Shown piece after piece: positions 39,801 to 50,112 of a stretch of DNA of 64,000 nucleotides (the stretch's first letter is position 1; every line of letters begins with the position of its first letter). The stretch is taken from positions 4,436 through 68,435 of the forward strand of contig JAFROK010000025.1 of the NCBI GenBank assembly GCA_017429695.1. Direction: 5' to 3'. The translations under genes and the position numbers were made by a program. This DNA is from Clostridia bacterium. GTDB taxonomy: Bacteria; Bacillota; Clostridia; Christensenellales; Aristaeellaceae. Below the pieces are notes generated by a model. The model did not search any database. It was not told the origin of the DNA and saw only the letters and a program-made list of their open reading frames with translations.

Positions 39801-42800
39801 ATGAAGAAGGAGACCAAAGGGAACGCCAGGGTATGGATCATCATTATTGCTGTTGCGGCTGTGATTATCGGAGGGTTTCTGCTGTTCAGCAAAGTGATCA
39901 TACCGGGCAACAGGTATCGCGAAGCAGAGGAACTTCGCGCTGCCGGCCAGTACGGAAAGGCGGTGGACGCCTTTAAGGAACTGGGTGATTACAAGGATTC
40001 CGCGGAGCAGGTGAAAGCGACCTACTACACCGTCGGGGAGAATGAACGCAAGCTCCAGAACTGGGACGGCGCTTTGGAGGCGTTTCAGAAAGCCGGGGAA
40101 TACAGCGACGCGAAGGAACAGATCAGCTCCACCTACTACCAGCACGGCGAGGCGGAGCGGGTGGCACAGAACTGGGATGGCGCAGTAGAGGAGTTTGAAA
40201 AAGCAGGGGAATACAAAGACGCGAAGGACCAGATCAGTGCCACCTACTATCAGCACGGCGAGGCGGAGCGGGTGGCACAGAACTGGGATGGCGCAGTAGA
40301 GGAATTTGAAAAAGCCGGGGAATACAGCGACGCGAAGGATCAGATCAGCGCCACCTATTACCAACACGGCGAGGCGGAGCGAACAGCGCAGAACTGGGAC
40401 GGTGCGATAGAGGCGTTTGAAAAAGCCGGGGAATACAGCGACGCAAAGGACCAGATCAGTGCCACCTACTATCAGCATGGCGAGGCGGAGCGGACGGCGC
40501 AGAACTGGGACGGTGCTGTGGCCGCCTTTGAGCAGGCCGGGGAATACAGCGACGCAAAGGACCAGATCAGCGCCACCTACTACCAGCACGGCGAGGCGGA
40601 GCGGACGGCGCAGAACTGGGACGGGGCTTTAGAGGCGTTTGAAAAAGCCGGGGAATACGGCGACGCGAAGGATCAGATCAGCGCCACCTACTATCAGCAC
40701 GGCGAGGCGGAGCGGACGGCGCAGAACTGGGACGGCGCTTTAGAGGCGTTTGAAAAAGCCGGGGAATACGGCGACGCGAAGGATCAGATCAGCGCCACGT
40801 ATTACCAGCTTGGCGAGGCGGAACGGACGGCGGAAAACTGGGAAGGCGCCGTAGCGGCCTTTGAGCAGGCAGGGGAGTACAGTGACGCGGCCGAACAGAT
40901 ATCCGGCACCAAATATGCCCAGGCGGAAAAGCTGGAACAGGCGGAAGATTACCAGGCGGCCGCTGAAATATTCCAGGAGCTCAGCTCAGCCGGATGGCAG
41001 GACAGCGAAACGAGATATACCCAGGTTCTGACGGACCACAACCACAAATGGATTGAGGCGACCTGTACAACACCCAGGACATGTGAAATATTCGGTGAAA
41101 CGGAAGGCGAACCCCTGGGACATGACTGGCAGGCGGCCACCTGCACGGAGCAGAAAAAATGCCTTCGCTGCGGGGTGAAGATCGGCCGGCCGCTGGGCCA
41201 TGACTGGCAGGAGGCGACCTGCACGGCGCCGAAGACCTGTGTCCGCTGCGGGGATACCGAAGGCGAGCCGCTGGGACACGACTGGCGGGAAGCAACCTGT
41301 ACAGAACCGAAAACCTGCGCCCGCTGCGGGGAAACAGAAGGCGAAGCGTTGGGGCATGACTGGAAAGACGCGACCTGCACGGAGGCGAAGACCTGCGCCC
41401 GCTGCGGGGAAACGGAAGGCGAAGCGCTGGGGCATGACTGGAAAGACGCGACCTGCACGGAGGCGAAGACCTGCGCCCGCTGCGGGGAAACGGAAGGCAA
41501 ACCGCTGGGCCATGAATGGCAGGCGGCCACCTGCACGGAGCAGAAAACGTGCCTGCGTTGCGGCGTGAAGATCGGCCGGCCGCTGGAACACGACTGGCAG
41601 CCCAATACCTGTACGGAACCGACAAAATGCAACCGCTGCGGCCTGTCCGTTGACGAACCGCTGGGACATGACTGGCGCGAGGCAACCTGCCTGAAGGCAA
41701 AGACCTGCGCCCGCTGCGGGAAAACAGAAGGCAACGCACTGGGACATGACTGGCAGGAAGCAACCTGTACGGAACCGAAGACCTGCAGCCGCTGCGGGGA
41801 AACAGAAGGGGAAAAACTAGGCCATGAGTGGCAGGACGCCACCTGCACGGAGCAGAAAACATGCCTGCGCTGCGGCGTGAAGATTGGCCGGGCTTTCGGC
41901 CACGACTGGCTGGAAGCGACCTGCACGACGCCGAAGACCTGCAGCCGCTGCGGAGAAACGGAAGGCGAACCGTTGGGGCATGACTGGAAAGACGCGACCT
42001 GCACGGAACCGAAGACATGCGTTCGCTGCGGGGAAACCGAAGGCGAACCACTGGACCATGACTGGCAGCCCAAAACCTGCACGGAGCCGACCACCTGCAA
42101 TCGCTGCGGGATGACGATAGATGAGCCGCTGGGCCATGACTGGACGGCGGCAACCTGTACGGAGCCGGAAACCTGCACCCGGTGCGGCGTTACCCAGGGA
42201 GAAGCGCTGGGACACGACTGGAAAGACGCCACCTGCCTGGAACCGAAGACCTGCGCCCGCTGCGGGGAAACCGAAGGCGAACCGCTGGGACATGACTGGA
42301 AAGACGCGACCTGCCTGGAACCGAAGACCTGTGCCCGCTGCGGGGAGACCGAAGGCGGACCGCTGGGCCACGATTGGAAAGACGTGACCTGCACGGAGGC
42401 GAAGACCTGCGCCCGCTGCGGGGAAACCGAAGGCGAACCGCTGGGGCATGACTGGAAAGACGCGACCTGCACGGTGGCAAAGACCTGCGCCCGGTGCGGG
42501 GAAACGGAAGGCGAACCGCTGGGCCATAACTGGCAGAAAGCCACATGGACCGTGCCGCAAACCTGCACCCGCTGTGAGGTGACAGAGGGCGATCCGCTGG
42601 TCCCGGTGCTGACAGAGATGTATACCGGGCAGACGATGCGGCTGATCCCGGCGGAGGAAGGAGAGCGGCGGTGGGCCGAATACGGCCCGGGGACCCGGTT
42701 CGCCAGGACATCCACCGCCGGCGGATACCTGACAGACGGGGATCACAGCACGCGGCTGACGGCTTACTTTATCGAAGGTACATGGGTGTTTGCAGACATC

Positions 42801-43112
42801 GTTCATTCGGGGAATAACACGGGCGCCTATGAACGGTACGCCTACCTGCCGCGGATGAGCGTCCTGCATTATGACAGGCTGCCGGTGACGGCCGCGCTGG
42901 ATTATGTGAACGGAAAGACCAACGCCCGGATCAACCCGTCCGCAGGGCCCGGAGAGAAATATGCCAGCCTGTGGGTCCACAAGATTCCCGCCGATACGCC
43001 GGTGAAGGTATTCTTCCGGGAGGGGGATTATCTGTTTGCGGAATTCAGCAGCAGTTACGGCCTGGTCCGGCTGTGGCTGCCGATGGACAGCGTGGATCCG
43101 GTATATGAATAA
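39801..43112 (+). CDS. Membrane-anchored repeat protein: TPR-like repeats, 20 Cys/His repeats, C-terminal tandem SH3-like domains
   Basis: N-terminal TM anchor, 37-aa helical repeats, 26-aa HxW..ATC...KTCxRCG repeats, GPG..Y motifs. Confidence 0.88.
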   Translation: MKKETKGNARVWIIIIAVAAVIIGGFLLFSKVIIPGNRYREAEELRAAGQYGKAVDAFKELGDYKDSAEQVKATYYTVGENERKLQNWDGALEAFQKAGEYSDAKEQISSTYYQHGEAERVAQNWDGAVEEFEKAGEYKDAKDQISATYYQHGEAERVAQNWDGAVEEFEKAGEYSDAKDQISATYYQHGEAERTAQNWDGAIEAFEKAGEYSDAKDQISATYYQHGEAERTAQNWDGAVAAFEQAGEYSDAKDQISATYYQHGEAERTAQNWDGALEAFEKAGEYGDAKDQISATYYQHGEAERTAQNWDGALEAFEKAGEYGDAKDQISATYYQLGEAERTAENWEGAVAAFEQAGEYSDAAEQISGTKYAQAEKLEQAEDYQAAAEIFQELSSAGWQDSETRYTQVLTDHNHKWIEATCTTPRTCEIFGETEGEPLGHDWQAATCTEQKKCLRCGVKIGRPLGHDWQEATCTAPKTCVRCGDTEGEPLGHDWREATCTEPKTCARCGETEGEALGHDWKDATCTEAKTCARCGETEGEALGHDWKDATCTEAKTCARCGETEGKPLGHEWQAATCTEQKTCLRCGVKIGRPLEHDWQPNTCTEPTKCNRCGLSVDEPLGHDWREATCLKAKTCARCGKTEGNALGHDWQEATCTEPKTCSRCGETEGEKLGHEWQDATCTEQKTCLRCGVKIGRAFGHDWLEATCTTPKTCSRCGETEGEPLGHDWKDATCTEPKTCVRCGETEGEPLDHDWQPKTCTEPTTCNRCGMTIDEPLGHDWTAATCTEPETCTRCGVTQGEALGHDWKDATCLEPKTCARCGETEGEPLGHDWKDATCLEPKTCARCGETEGGPLGHDWKDVTCTEAKTCARCGETEGEPLGHDWKDATCTVAKTCARCGETEGEPLGHNWQKATWTVPQTCTRCEVTEGDPLVPVLTEMYTGQTMRLIPAEEGERRWAEYGPGTRFARTSTAGGYLTDGDHSTRLTAYFIEGTWVFADIVHSGNNTGAYERYAYLPRMSVLHYDRLPVTAALDYVNGKTNARINPSAGPGEKYASLWVHKIPADTPVKVFFREGDYLFAEFSSSYGLVRLWLPMDSVDPVYE
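40023..40910 (+). repeat. Eight 111-bp intragenic tandem repeats (TPR-like)
   Basis: YYQHGEAERxAQNWDGAxxxFEKAGEYxDAKDQISAT x8. Confidence 0.92.
41043..42602 (+). repeat. Twenty 78-bp intragenic tandem repeats (Cys/His)
   Basis: HDWxxATCTEPKTCxRCGETEGEPLG x20. Confidence 0.92.
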
Positions 43113-43156
43113 AAAAGGCTGATTTGCCGGCAACAAGTGCCGGATGGGAGGAAAAT

Positions 43157-44224
43157 GTGAGTACTCAGATACGCAGGACAATGGCTGCGCTGCTGATACT
43201 GATCCTGTTGATACCTGCTGTCTCCGCCATCGGAGAAGGGGAAAACGTGCCGGCTGCGAATACTGCGCAGCCGGTTTCCCCTGCAGCCGTGCTGCGCAAC
43301 GGCAGCAAGGGCGAAGACGTGAAACAGCTGCAGCTGCGGCTGACGGAACTGGGATATGATCCCGGAAAAGCGGACGGCGTTTTCGGGAAGGGCACAAAAA
43401 CCGCGCTGCAGGAATTCCAGAAACGGAACGGACTGGAAGCGGACGGCGAAGCCGGGCCCCAAACGATTGAAAAACTGTTCTCCGGTGACGCGGCCGCGAA
43501 GCCGCAGCCGCAGACGGTTGACGTGCTGGAAGGCTACCTGCCGATGCTGGTCAACAAAACGCATCCGGTGGATGAATTCCTGGTGCCGGGGGACCTGGTG
43601 CTGCTGGCGGATGTGCTGGACAGCAAACTGGTGAAGATTAAATATGCGGACACCAAAGCGGTGCGCGAAGTGGCGGAAGCCCTGGATGAAATGCTGCAGG
43701 CGGCCAAAGCGGACGGGGTGACCAAATGGCAGATCAGCACGGCCTACCGATCCTATGCGCAGCAGGAAAAGACCCTGAACAACAAGATCAGCCATTACCT
43801 CAGCGCCAATAAGGGCTGGAGCCGGTCGAAAGCCCGCAGCGCGGCGCTGCGCACCGTGGCGGAACCCGGATGCAGCGAGCATCAGCTGGGACTGGCGATT
43901 GACATCAACGTGCCCGGCGCGTCCTCATTTGCCGGAACGAAACAGTGCAAATGGCTGCATGAACATTGCTGGGAATTTGGGTTTATCGTCCGGTATACGG
44001 CGGATAAGAAGGAAATCACCGGTTTTGAGGCGGAGGCGTGGCATATCCGGTACGTTGGTACGGAGCATGCCCTGCGGATCCGGGAGCTCGGAATGTGCCT
44101 GGAAGAATACCTGGAGGGAATTGAAAACGGAACGGTTAAACTGTTTCCGGAGCAGGAGACAGACGGGACCGGGGAGAATAAGGAGAACGGGGAGATTGAA
44201 GAGATTCTCCTTGACGATGATTAA
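43157..44224 (+). CDS. M15B (VanY-like) D,D/L,D-carboxypeptidase with peptidoglycan-binding domain
   Basis: LRNGSKGEDVKQLQ.RL..LGY, TAYRSY..Q, PGCSEHQLGLAID, EAWHIRYVG. Confidence 0.92.
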   Translation: MSTQIRRTMAALLILILLIPAVSAIGEGENVPAANTAQPVSPAAVLRNGSKGEDVKQLQLRLTELGYDPGKADGVFGKGTKTALQEFQKRNGLEADGEAGPQTIEKLFSGDAAAKPQPQTVDVLEGYLPMLVNKTHPVDEFLVPGDLVLLADVLDSKLVKIKYADTKAVREVAEALDEMLQAAKADGVTKWQISTAYRSYAQQEKTLNNKISHYLSANKGWSRSKARSAALRTVAEPGCSEHQLGLAIDINVPGASSFAGTKQCKWLHEHCWEFGFIVRYTADKKEITGFEAEAWHIRYVGTEHALRIRELGMCLEEYLEGIENGTVKLFPEQETDGTGENKENGEIEEILLDDD

Positions 44225-44254
44225 GAAAACGGCGGAAAAGGATTTGCAGGCATC

Positions 44255-44704
44255 ATGACGAAAAAAAGATGGATTGTTCTCGCGGCGTTCGTCCTTGTGG
44301 CGGGCGTCGCGATATGGTTTGCCCTTTCGGGACAGAAAACGGATGACAAAACAACGCTGGACATTCTGGACGGCAGGGAGCTGCTGGTGCTGATGGACGG
44401 GAAGGAACTGACGGAGACCGTGGTATCTCCCGGGGCGGGAGATGGGCTGCGGATTATCGTCTGGCTGAACGACCGGCAGCTGGCGGACCTGCCTTTCGGC
44501 GAGGAGCACACGGTGGAAGTGCTCCAGCAGGCCGGAAGGAACAAAATCCGGATTACGCAGGATGCCGTATACATGGAAGAGGCGGACTGCCAGGGCAATG
44601 ACTGCGTGAAGATGGGGAAATTCACACGGGACAACTGGGAAATCAAGGTGCCCAATATGATCGTTTGCCTGCCGCACAAGCTGAGCGTTCAGGTGACGGA
44701 CTGA
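44255..44704 (+). CDS. NusG domain II-containing (Lin0431-like) protein
   Basis: EADC...DCV.MG, IVCLPHKL. Confidence 0.85.
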   Translation: MTKKRWIVLAAFVLVAGVAIWFALSGQKTDDKTTLDILDGRELLVLMDGKELTETVVSPGAGDGLRIIVWLNDRQLADLPFGEEHTVEVLQQAGRNKIRITQDAVYMEEADCQGNDCVKMGKFTRDNWEIKVPNMIVCLPHKLSVQVTD

Positions 44705-44719
44705 CAGAGGTGGACGGGT

Positions 44720-45601
44720 ATGAAGATACAGATGGGAAATAAACGGAAAAAAGAAATCATTGAGGCATACGCCCAGATTGTGATCGGATGCGTCATCGGC
44801 GCAGCGGCATACCCGACCTTCCTGGTGCCGAACAACATTGCCCCGGGCGGGCTGACCGGCGTGGCGACGATCCTGAATTACCTGTTCCAGTGGCCGGTCG
44901 GTACCGTATCCCTGATTCTGAATGTTCCGTTGTTCCTGATCGGTTACCGGACGATGGGCAAAATTTTCGCGTTCCGGTGCCTGGTGGCAACGTTGCTGTT
45001 CTCTGTACTGATTGATATCCTGCCGCTGAAGGCGATCAGCGTGGAACCGGTGCTGGATCCGCTGCTGGGTACGCTGTTCGGCGGGGTCCTGCTGGGCGTC
45101 GGGCTCGGGCTGATCCTGCGGGGCGGGGCCACGACGGGCGGAACGGATATGATTGCCCGGATGGTCCACCGGCGGTTCAACTTTATTTCCGTGGGCATGT
45201 TCCTGTTTGCACTGGATTTTGTGGTTGTGATCGCGGCGGCGCTGACCATCAGTGGGGAAAAGGCGCTGTATGCCCTGATTAACATCTACATCTGTTCCAA
45301 GGTGATCGACAGCGTGATGGTCGGCTTCGGCGGAAACAAGGCCTGTTTTGTGATGACCGGCGCATGGGAAAAGGTGACGCAGCGCGTCATGGACGAGGTC
45401 GGGCGCGGCGTCACCTATCTGGAAGCGCGGGGAGCCTATTCCGGGAAAAGCCAGCCGGTGGTGATGTGCGTGGCATCCCGGCAGGAAATGACCACCCTGA
45501 AGCGGATTGTTCAGGAAGAGGATGAAAAGGCGTTCATGTTTATTACGGAAGCGCATGAAACGCTGGGAGAAGGATTCTCCCGGCTGGACGGGAAGGACTG
45601 A
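44720..45601 (+). CDS. YitT family membrane protein
   Basis: PGGLTG, LNVPLF, TTGGTD, RGVT..GAYS, D..AF. Confidence 0.92.
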   Translation: MKIQMGNKRKKEIIEAYAQIVIGCVIGAAAYPTFLVPNNIAPGGLTGVATILNYLFQWPVGTVSLILNVPLFLIGYRTMGKIFAFRCLVATLLFSVLIDILPLKAISVEPVLDPLLGTLFGGVLLGVGLGLILRGGATTGGTDMIARMVHRRFNFISVGMFLFALDFVVVIAAALTISGEKALYALINIYICSKVIDSVMVGFGGNKACFVMTGAWEKVTQRVMDEVGRGVTYLEARGAYSGKSQPVVMCVASRQEMTTLKRIVQEEDEKAFMFITEAHETLGEGFSRLDGKD

Positions 45602-45608
45602 ACACCGG

Positions 45609-46676
45609 CTATGCCTGCTTTCGTTCACGACGACGGATGCGGTTGATATGGCGTTCAAAATCGCCGCTGTCCAGCAGTTCCGCCAGGACATACTGCTCAA
45701 AGGCAGGAACGGAACAGGAATAGAATCCTACCTTCAGGCCGAAAACGGACACCAGGCGCCTGGGCAGCACCATGTATCCGACGCGGAACGAGGGCGATAC
45801 GGTGAGGGAAAATGTATTCATATAAATCACGTTCTGCATCGGCGCGGCGGCAAAGACCGTTTCCTCCACCTTCCGGAGGAGAGAAAACTCGGAGGCATAA
45901 TCGTCCTCCACGATGAACCGGTCCGGGCGGGATACCCAGCGCAGGTATTCCCCGCGCTTGGAGGCGGAGGCGGTGACCAGGCTGGGAAAGCTGCGGAACG
46001 GCGTGATATGCAGCACAGAGGCGTGAGTGGCGGCCAGGGCGTCCGACTGAATGCCGTCCTGTCCCAGGGGAAGATAATCGCACTGAACCCCTTTTGAGCG
46101 GTAGACCCGCTCGATTTTTTCATAGGACGGGGATTCGATGCCGTAGATCCGGCTGTTGCCCAGCATTTCGACAACCAGGCCATACAGGTATTCCGCGCCG
46201 GAACCGATGACAATCTGGTCCGGCTCTACCCGGATGCCCCGGTTTCGCGCCAGATAGCGGCAGAGGGCTTCCCGCAGTTCGGCGCAGCCGTTATTCGGCG
46301 GCTTGACCAGGATGGATTCCCCGTAATCGGCAAGGACCCGGCGCATGACCCGGGCCAGGGCAGGAAAGGGGAAAAAGTCCTGCAGGGAGATGCCGGCTGC
46401 CGGGGCTGCATGCGGTATGGGCGAACGGGTGGACGGGGAAAAACTGTCCGACTCCCGGTAGATCACGAAATATCCGCTTTTGGGCCGGGCTTCCGCATAC
46501 CCCTCTTCGCAGAGAAGCTCAAAGCAATGATCCGCTGTGACCGGGCTGACACCCCGGTCCCGGGACAAGCTCCGGCGGGATGGCAGGCGGCTGCCGTACG
46601 GGCGGGCACCGGACAGGATTTCCTGCCGCAGGCTTTCATACAGGGCCAGGTAGGCCGGCTTTTTTTTCTGCTCCAT
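45609..46676 (-). CDS. GntR/MocR PLP-dependent regulator (PdxR-like)
   Basis: GSRLPSRR.L, EGY...PKSGY, EDDY.SEF, YMNTFS. Confidence 0.9.
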   Translation of the reverse strand: MEQKKKPAYLALYESLRQEILSGARPYGSRLPSRRSLSRDRGVSPVTADHCFELLCEEGYAEARPKSGYFVIYRESDSFSPSTRSPIPHAAPAAGISLQDFFPFPALARVMRRVLADYGESILVKPPNNGCAELREALCRYLARNRGIRVEPDQIVIGSGAEYLYGLVVEMLGNSRIYGIESPSYEKIERVYRSKGVQCDYLPLGQDGIQSDALAATHASVLHITPFRSFPSLVTASASKRGEYLRWVSRPDRFIVEDDYASEFSLLRKVEETVFAAAPMQNVIYMNTFSLTVSPSFRVGYMVLPRRLVSVFGLKVGFYSCSVPAFEQYVLAELLDSGDFERHINRIRRRERKQA

Positions 46677-46767
46677 CTGGTATTATAAAAAACTCCTTTT
46701 CTGGCACTTTTCATATGACCAAGCTTAGCATATACTTCATGCCAATCAAAGTCAAGGGAGTTGATGA

Positions 46768-47328
46768 ATGATGCAGGAAAGAAAACACCTGATCCGCCTG
46801 ATCGTTTCGGCCGTGATGGCCGCCATGGTTTTTGTGGTTACGCTGTTCCGGTTCCCGCTGCTGGGTTCGCAGGTACATTTTGCCAATGCGATATGCCTGC
46901 TGTCCGGCCTGCTGCTGGGGCCGGTATGGGGCGGGGCCGCTGCCGGCATGGGGTCGTTCCTGTATGACCTGTGCCTGTATAACAAGGGCCCTGTGAACCT
47001 GCTGATTACCTTCGTGACCAAGGCATTGATGGCCTCGATCTGCGCGCTGGTATACCGGGCGTTCGGGAAAAAACGCAGCCAGCCGGTACCGCTGGTGCTG
47101 TCCTGCGTGGCGGGCGCGCTGAGCTATGTCGTGATGTACATGTTAAAGTCAGGAATCGACGGGGTGATTGCCGGAAAAGCATTCTGGGGCGTGATCGCAA
47201 CAAAATTCCCCGCGTCGATTATCAACGCGGGGGCGGCGGTTGTCGCTACGCCGATCTTCTTTACGGCTGTACGTCCGGCGCTGAAGTCTGCCGGGATTAC
47301 CAAGGATCTGGAATGGATCAAGGAATAA
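46768..47328 (+). CDS. ECF transporter S component (possibly vitamin B6)
   Basis: SAVMAAMVFV, VHFAN, LLGP.WG.AAAG.GS.LYD; divergent from the MocR regulator. Confidence 0.85.
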   Translation: MMQERKHLIRLIVSAVMAAMVFVVTLFRFPLLGSQVHFANAICLLSGLLLGPVWGGAAAGMGSFLYDLCLYNKGPVNLLITFVTKALMASICALVYRAFGKKRSQPVPLVLSCVAGALSYVVMYMLKSGIDGVIAGKAFWGVIATKFPASIINAGAAVVATPIFFTAVRPALKSAGITKDLEWIKE

Positions 47329-48837
47329 TCAGAGCCGGTACAGTTTTGTAAATTTATCCTTCAGGTATCCGGTATAGACCGCGGGGTCCAGCGGTCCGCC
47401 CATGGCGGCGGGCAGCAGGTCCTGCGGTTTTTTCAGGCTGCCGTACTGGTGGATGTGCTCCGTGAGCCAGGCGGTGACCGGCGCAAGGTTGCCTTTTTCC
47501 ACGGTGCCCCAGACATCCGTTTCCTTTTCCATCTGCCGGAGCATCTGCACGCCGTAGGCACTGCCCAGGGCATAGCTCGGGAAATATCCGATGCCGCCGA
47601 AGGACCAATGGCTGTCCTGCAGGCAGCCGTGGCGGTTGTCCGGCACATCAATGCCAAGGACTTCCCTGTACATCCGGTTCCATTCGCCGGGGATATCGGC
47701 GACCTTCAGGTCACCGGCGATCATGGCTTTTTCCAGCTCGTAGCGGATCATGACGTGGAGGGGATAGGTGAGCTCATCCGCTTCCGTACGGATCAGCGTG
47801 GGTTTGGACAGGTTGATCGTGGAATACAGTTCCTCCTCCGTGACGCCTTTCATCTGCTCCGGGAAGACTTCCTTCATGATTTTCAGCAGCGGCGTGCAGA
47901 AGGCGCGGCTGCGGCCGATCAGGTTTTCATAGAAACGGGACTGGCTTTCATGGACGCCCATGGTTACCCCACCGGCCAGGCTGGTGAACTGGATATCATC
48001 CCGGCCGTCCAGTTCATACAGGGCATGGCCGCCTTCATGGATCACGCTGTACATGCTGAAGAAGGGATCTTCTTCGTAATAATGGGTGGTAATGCGGACA
48101 TCCCATTTGTTGGTATTGTTGGTGAAGGGGTGTTCCGTTTCTCCCAGGGTGCAGTTCAGGGGATCCAGGCCTTCCAGGGCCATGATTTTATCGGAGAACA
48201 GGCGCTGCTGGCTGACAGGCCAGGGGCCTTTCATAAACGCCGGAACGGGCTTTTCACGGGCAGCCACTTCTTTGATGACCGGGGAAAGCTCTTCCCGCAG
48301 TGTCCGGAAAAACGGATTCAGGCTTTCCATTGTGGCGCCTTTTTCATACATATCCAGCAGGACATCATAGGCGGGTTTTTCCGGCGCCTTCAGGGAGGCG
48401 TAACGGCGGCGGTTGGCAATGATCTTTTCCACATACGGGGCAAACATGTCCCAGTCGCTTTTTTCCTTGGCATCGTGCCAGACGGCGGAGGACTCGTTTG
48501 TCAGTTCCTGCCAGGCGACGAATTCCTCCATCGGCAGGACGTGCAGGTCGTCATAGCCTTCCTTCATGAGTTCGGCCTTGCGGAAGGTATACTCGTCCGT
48601 ATCATCCTTGTGCTGCAGGATGGTTTCCAGGACTTCGCCGGTTTCCGGATTGACCATCTGTTTGTACATCAGTTCTCCCAGATAAGCCAGGGCCATGCCG
48701 CGGCCTTTCCAGGAATTTTTCGGCGCCACGGTATCGCCGTCCGTATACAGGATGCTCTGGGCATGCTGCAGTGCATATGCCGCTTTTTCAAGTTCCTTCA
48801 GTTTTTCAATGGCAGTTTCCAGTGTCATATGATTCAC
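47329..48837 (-). CDS. M32 carboxypeptidase
   Basis: HPFT, DVRITT, HEGGH, HESQ, IRTEADE, QDSHW, GYFPSY. Confidence 0.95.
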   Translation of the reverse strand: MNHMTLETAIEKLKELEKAAYALQHAQSILYTDGDTVAPKNSWKGRGMALAYLGELMYKQMVNPETGEVLETILQHKDDTDEYTFRKAELMKEGYDDLHVLPMEEFVAWQELTNESSAVWHDAKEKSDWDMFAPYVEKIIANRRRYASLKAPEKPAYDVLLDMYEKGATMESLNPFFRTLREELSPVIKEVAAREKPVPAFMKGPWPVSQQRLFSDKIMALEGLDPLNCTLGETEHPFTNNTNKWDVRITTHYYEEDPFFSMYSVIHEGGHALYELDGRDDIQFTSLAGGVTMGVHESQSRFYENLIGRSRAFCTPLLKIMKEVFPEQMKGVTEEELYSTINLSKPTLIRTEADELTYPLHVMIRYELEKAMIAGDLKVADIPGEWNRMYREVLGIDVPDNRHGCLQDSHWSFGGIGYFPSYALGSAYGVQMLRQMEKETDVWGTVEKGNLAPVTAWLTEHIHQYGSLKKPQDLLPAAMGGPLDPAVYTGYLKDKFTKLYRL

Positions 48838-48965
48838 GCTCCTTTGCGGAGTATTCTAACATATCCCGGAATAAAATGGAATGAAAACCGGGAATAAGCG
48901 ATGGAAAAACGCTGAAAAAAAGTGCTTTACAAACCCGGAAAAACATGGTAATATATCCGCTGTTC

Positions 48966-49038
48966 GGGGCATTAGCGCAGTTGGTAGCGCACAACACTGG
49001 CAGTGTTGGGGTCAGGAGTTCGAATCTCCTATGCTCCA
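48966..49038 (+). tRNA. tRNA-Ala(GGC)
   Basis: GGGGCATTAGCGCAGTTGGTAGCGCA-CAACA-CT-GGC-AG-TGTTG-GGGTCAGGAGTTCGAATCTCCTATGCTCCA; promoter TTTACA-N17-TAATAT upstream. Confidence 0.97.
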
Positions 49039-49174
49039 CAATCGTGGGAGGCTTGATTTTCAAGACCTCCCGCTTTTGTTTTTCCACAAGAGCTTCAAAG
49101 CCTGTTACATTTTGGCTTTTCTGAACGACTCTCAACCCCTTGTGCCATAAGAGATTGATGGCTGTTACAAAAAT

Positions 49175-49822
49175 CTACATTTTGGTCAGGATTTCAGCCA
49201 TCTTCCCGGAAAGTTCCAAAACTTTATCATCTTGGGAATGCGCATAAGTATTCAGAAGAGTGAATAAGTCGGAATGACCAGATATTCCCTGAATGGTTTT
49301 GAAGTCAGTTGTCGCGCCAACAGCATAAGTCAAGTAACTGTGGCGCAAGATGTGAGGGGTTGCGCCGTGCATATCGATAGTACTGGTAATACGTTTCCAC
49401 ATGGCACGATAAGCCGAAGCAGTGAGGGGATTTTCTCCACCGATGATATAACCAGTTTCTTCAAAAGGTGACAGCACTTTTTGAAGCGGTTCAATCAGCG
49501 GAATGGAGCGAATCCCCGCTTTTGTTTTTGGTGTTGTGACTTCTGGTGCATTGCGTTGCGGATGAGTCACGTTGCGTTTTACATGAATCATGCCATGATG
49601 AATGTCTTCCCATCGCAAACCAAGCACCTCGCCGCGCCTCATCGCGGTGAAAAGACAAAGCGCAAGGAACCTTCTGTCTTTCAGTTCGAGCATAAGAAGA
49701 TGAGAAACAATATCGTGAAAGTGCTCAATTGGCAAGGCAATTCTGACTTTCCGTTTCACGGAAGGAATCTCTACATCAAGATTACTGCAGGGATTTTTAG
49801 AGATCAGGGAATCACTGATAGC
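49175..49822 (-). pseudogene. Tyrosine integrase, catalytic C-terminal half only
   Basis: TAMRRGEVLGLRWED, PKT.AG.R, HILRHSY, GHSD..Y; N-terminal domains replaced by unrelated plus-strand toxin sequence. Confidence 0.85.
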
Positions 49823-49823
49823 A

Positions 49824-50112
49824 TCAGTGGACAAGGGGAGAATACAAATATCTTAACAGATGGCATCAGAAAACGCCAAATGCTCCGGCAACACGCGGAA
49901 ACAGCTGGGTAATTGAACGAACAAAACCGGGAATTGCAAGGGGACCTAATGCACGACCTGCCGAACACGAGGTTTATATCAAAGGGAAAAATGGTAAAGG
50001 ACATTGGGTCTCCAAGAAACGGTGGTATGCGGCGATTGCAGCAAGAAAGCGGGGAACCGCGACAAAAGAACAAAAGGAGTTGTTGAATAATGGACACTGG
50101 CCTGCTCCGTAA
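49824..50112 (+). pseudogene. Polymorphic toxin C-terminal tip (Ntox30-like), 5'-truncated and frameshifted
   Basis: QWTRGEYKYLNRWHQKTPNAP...SWVIERTKPG..., one-base frameshift near 49987, then WVSKKRWYAAIAARKRGTATKEQKELLNNGHWPAP*. Confidence 0.65.

Noticed and set aside
40023-42602. CRISPR or DGR template/variable repeats
   Set aside because: The repeats are in-frame coding units without spacers, variation is not adenine-specific, and no reverse transcriptase is present.
40949-43397. Long antisense ORFs (588, 526 and 390 aa)
   Set aside because: They are stop-free shadows of the GC-rich tandem repeat gene.
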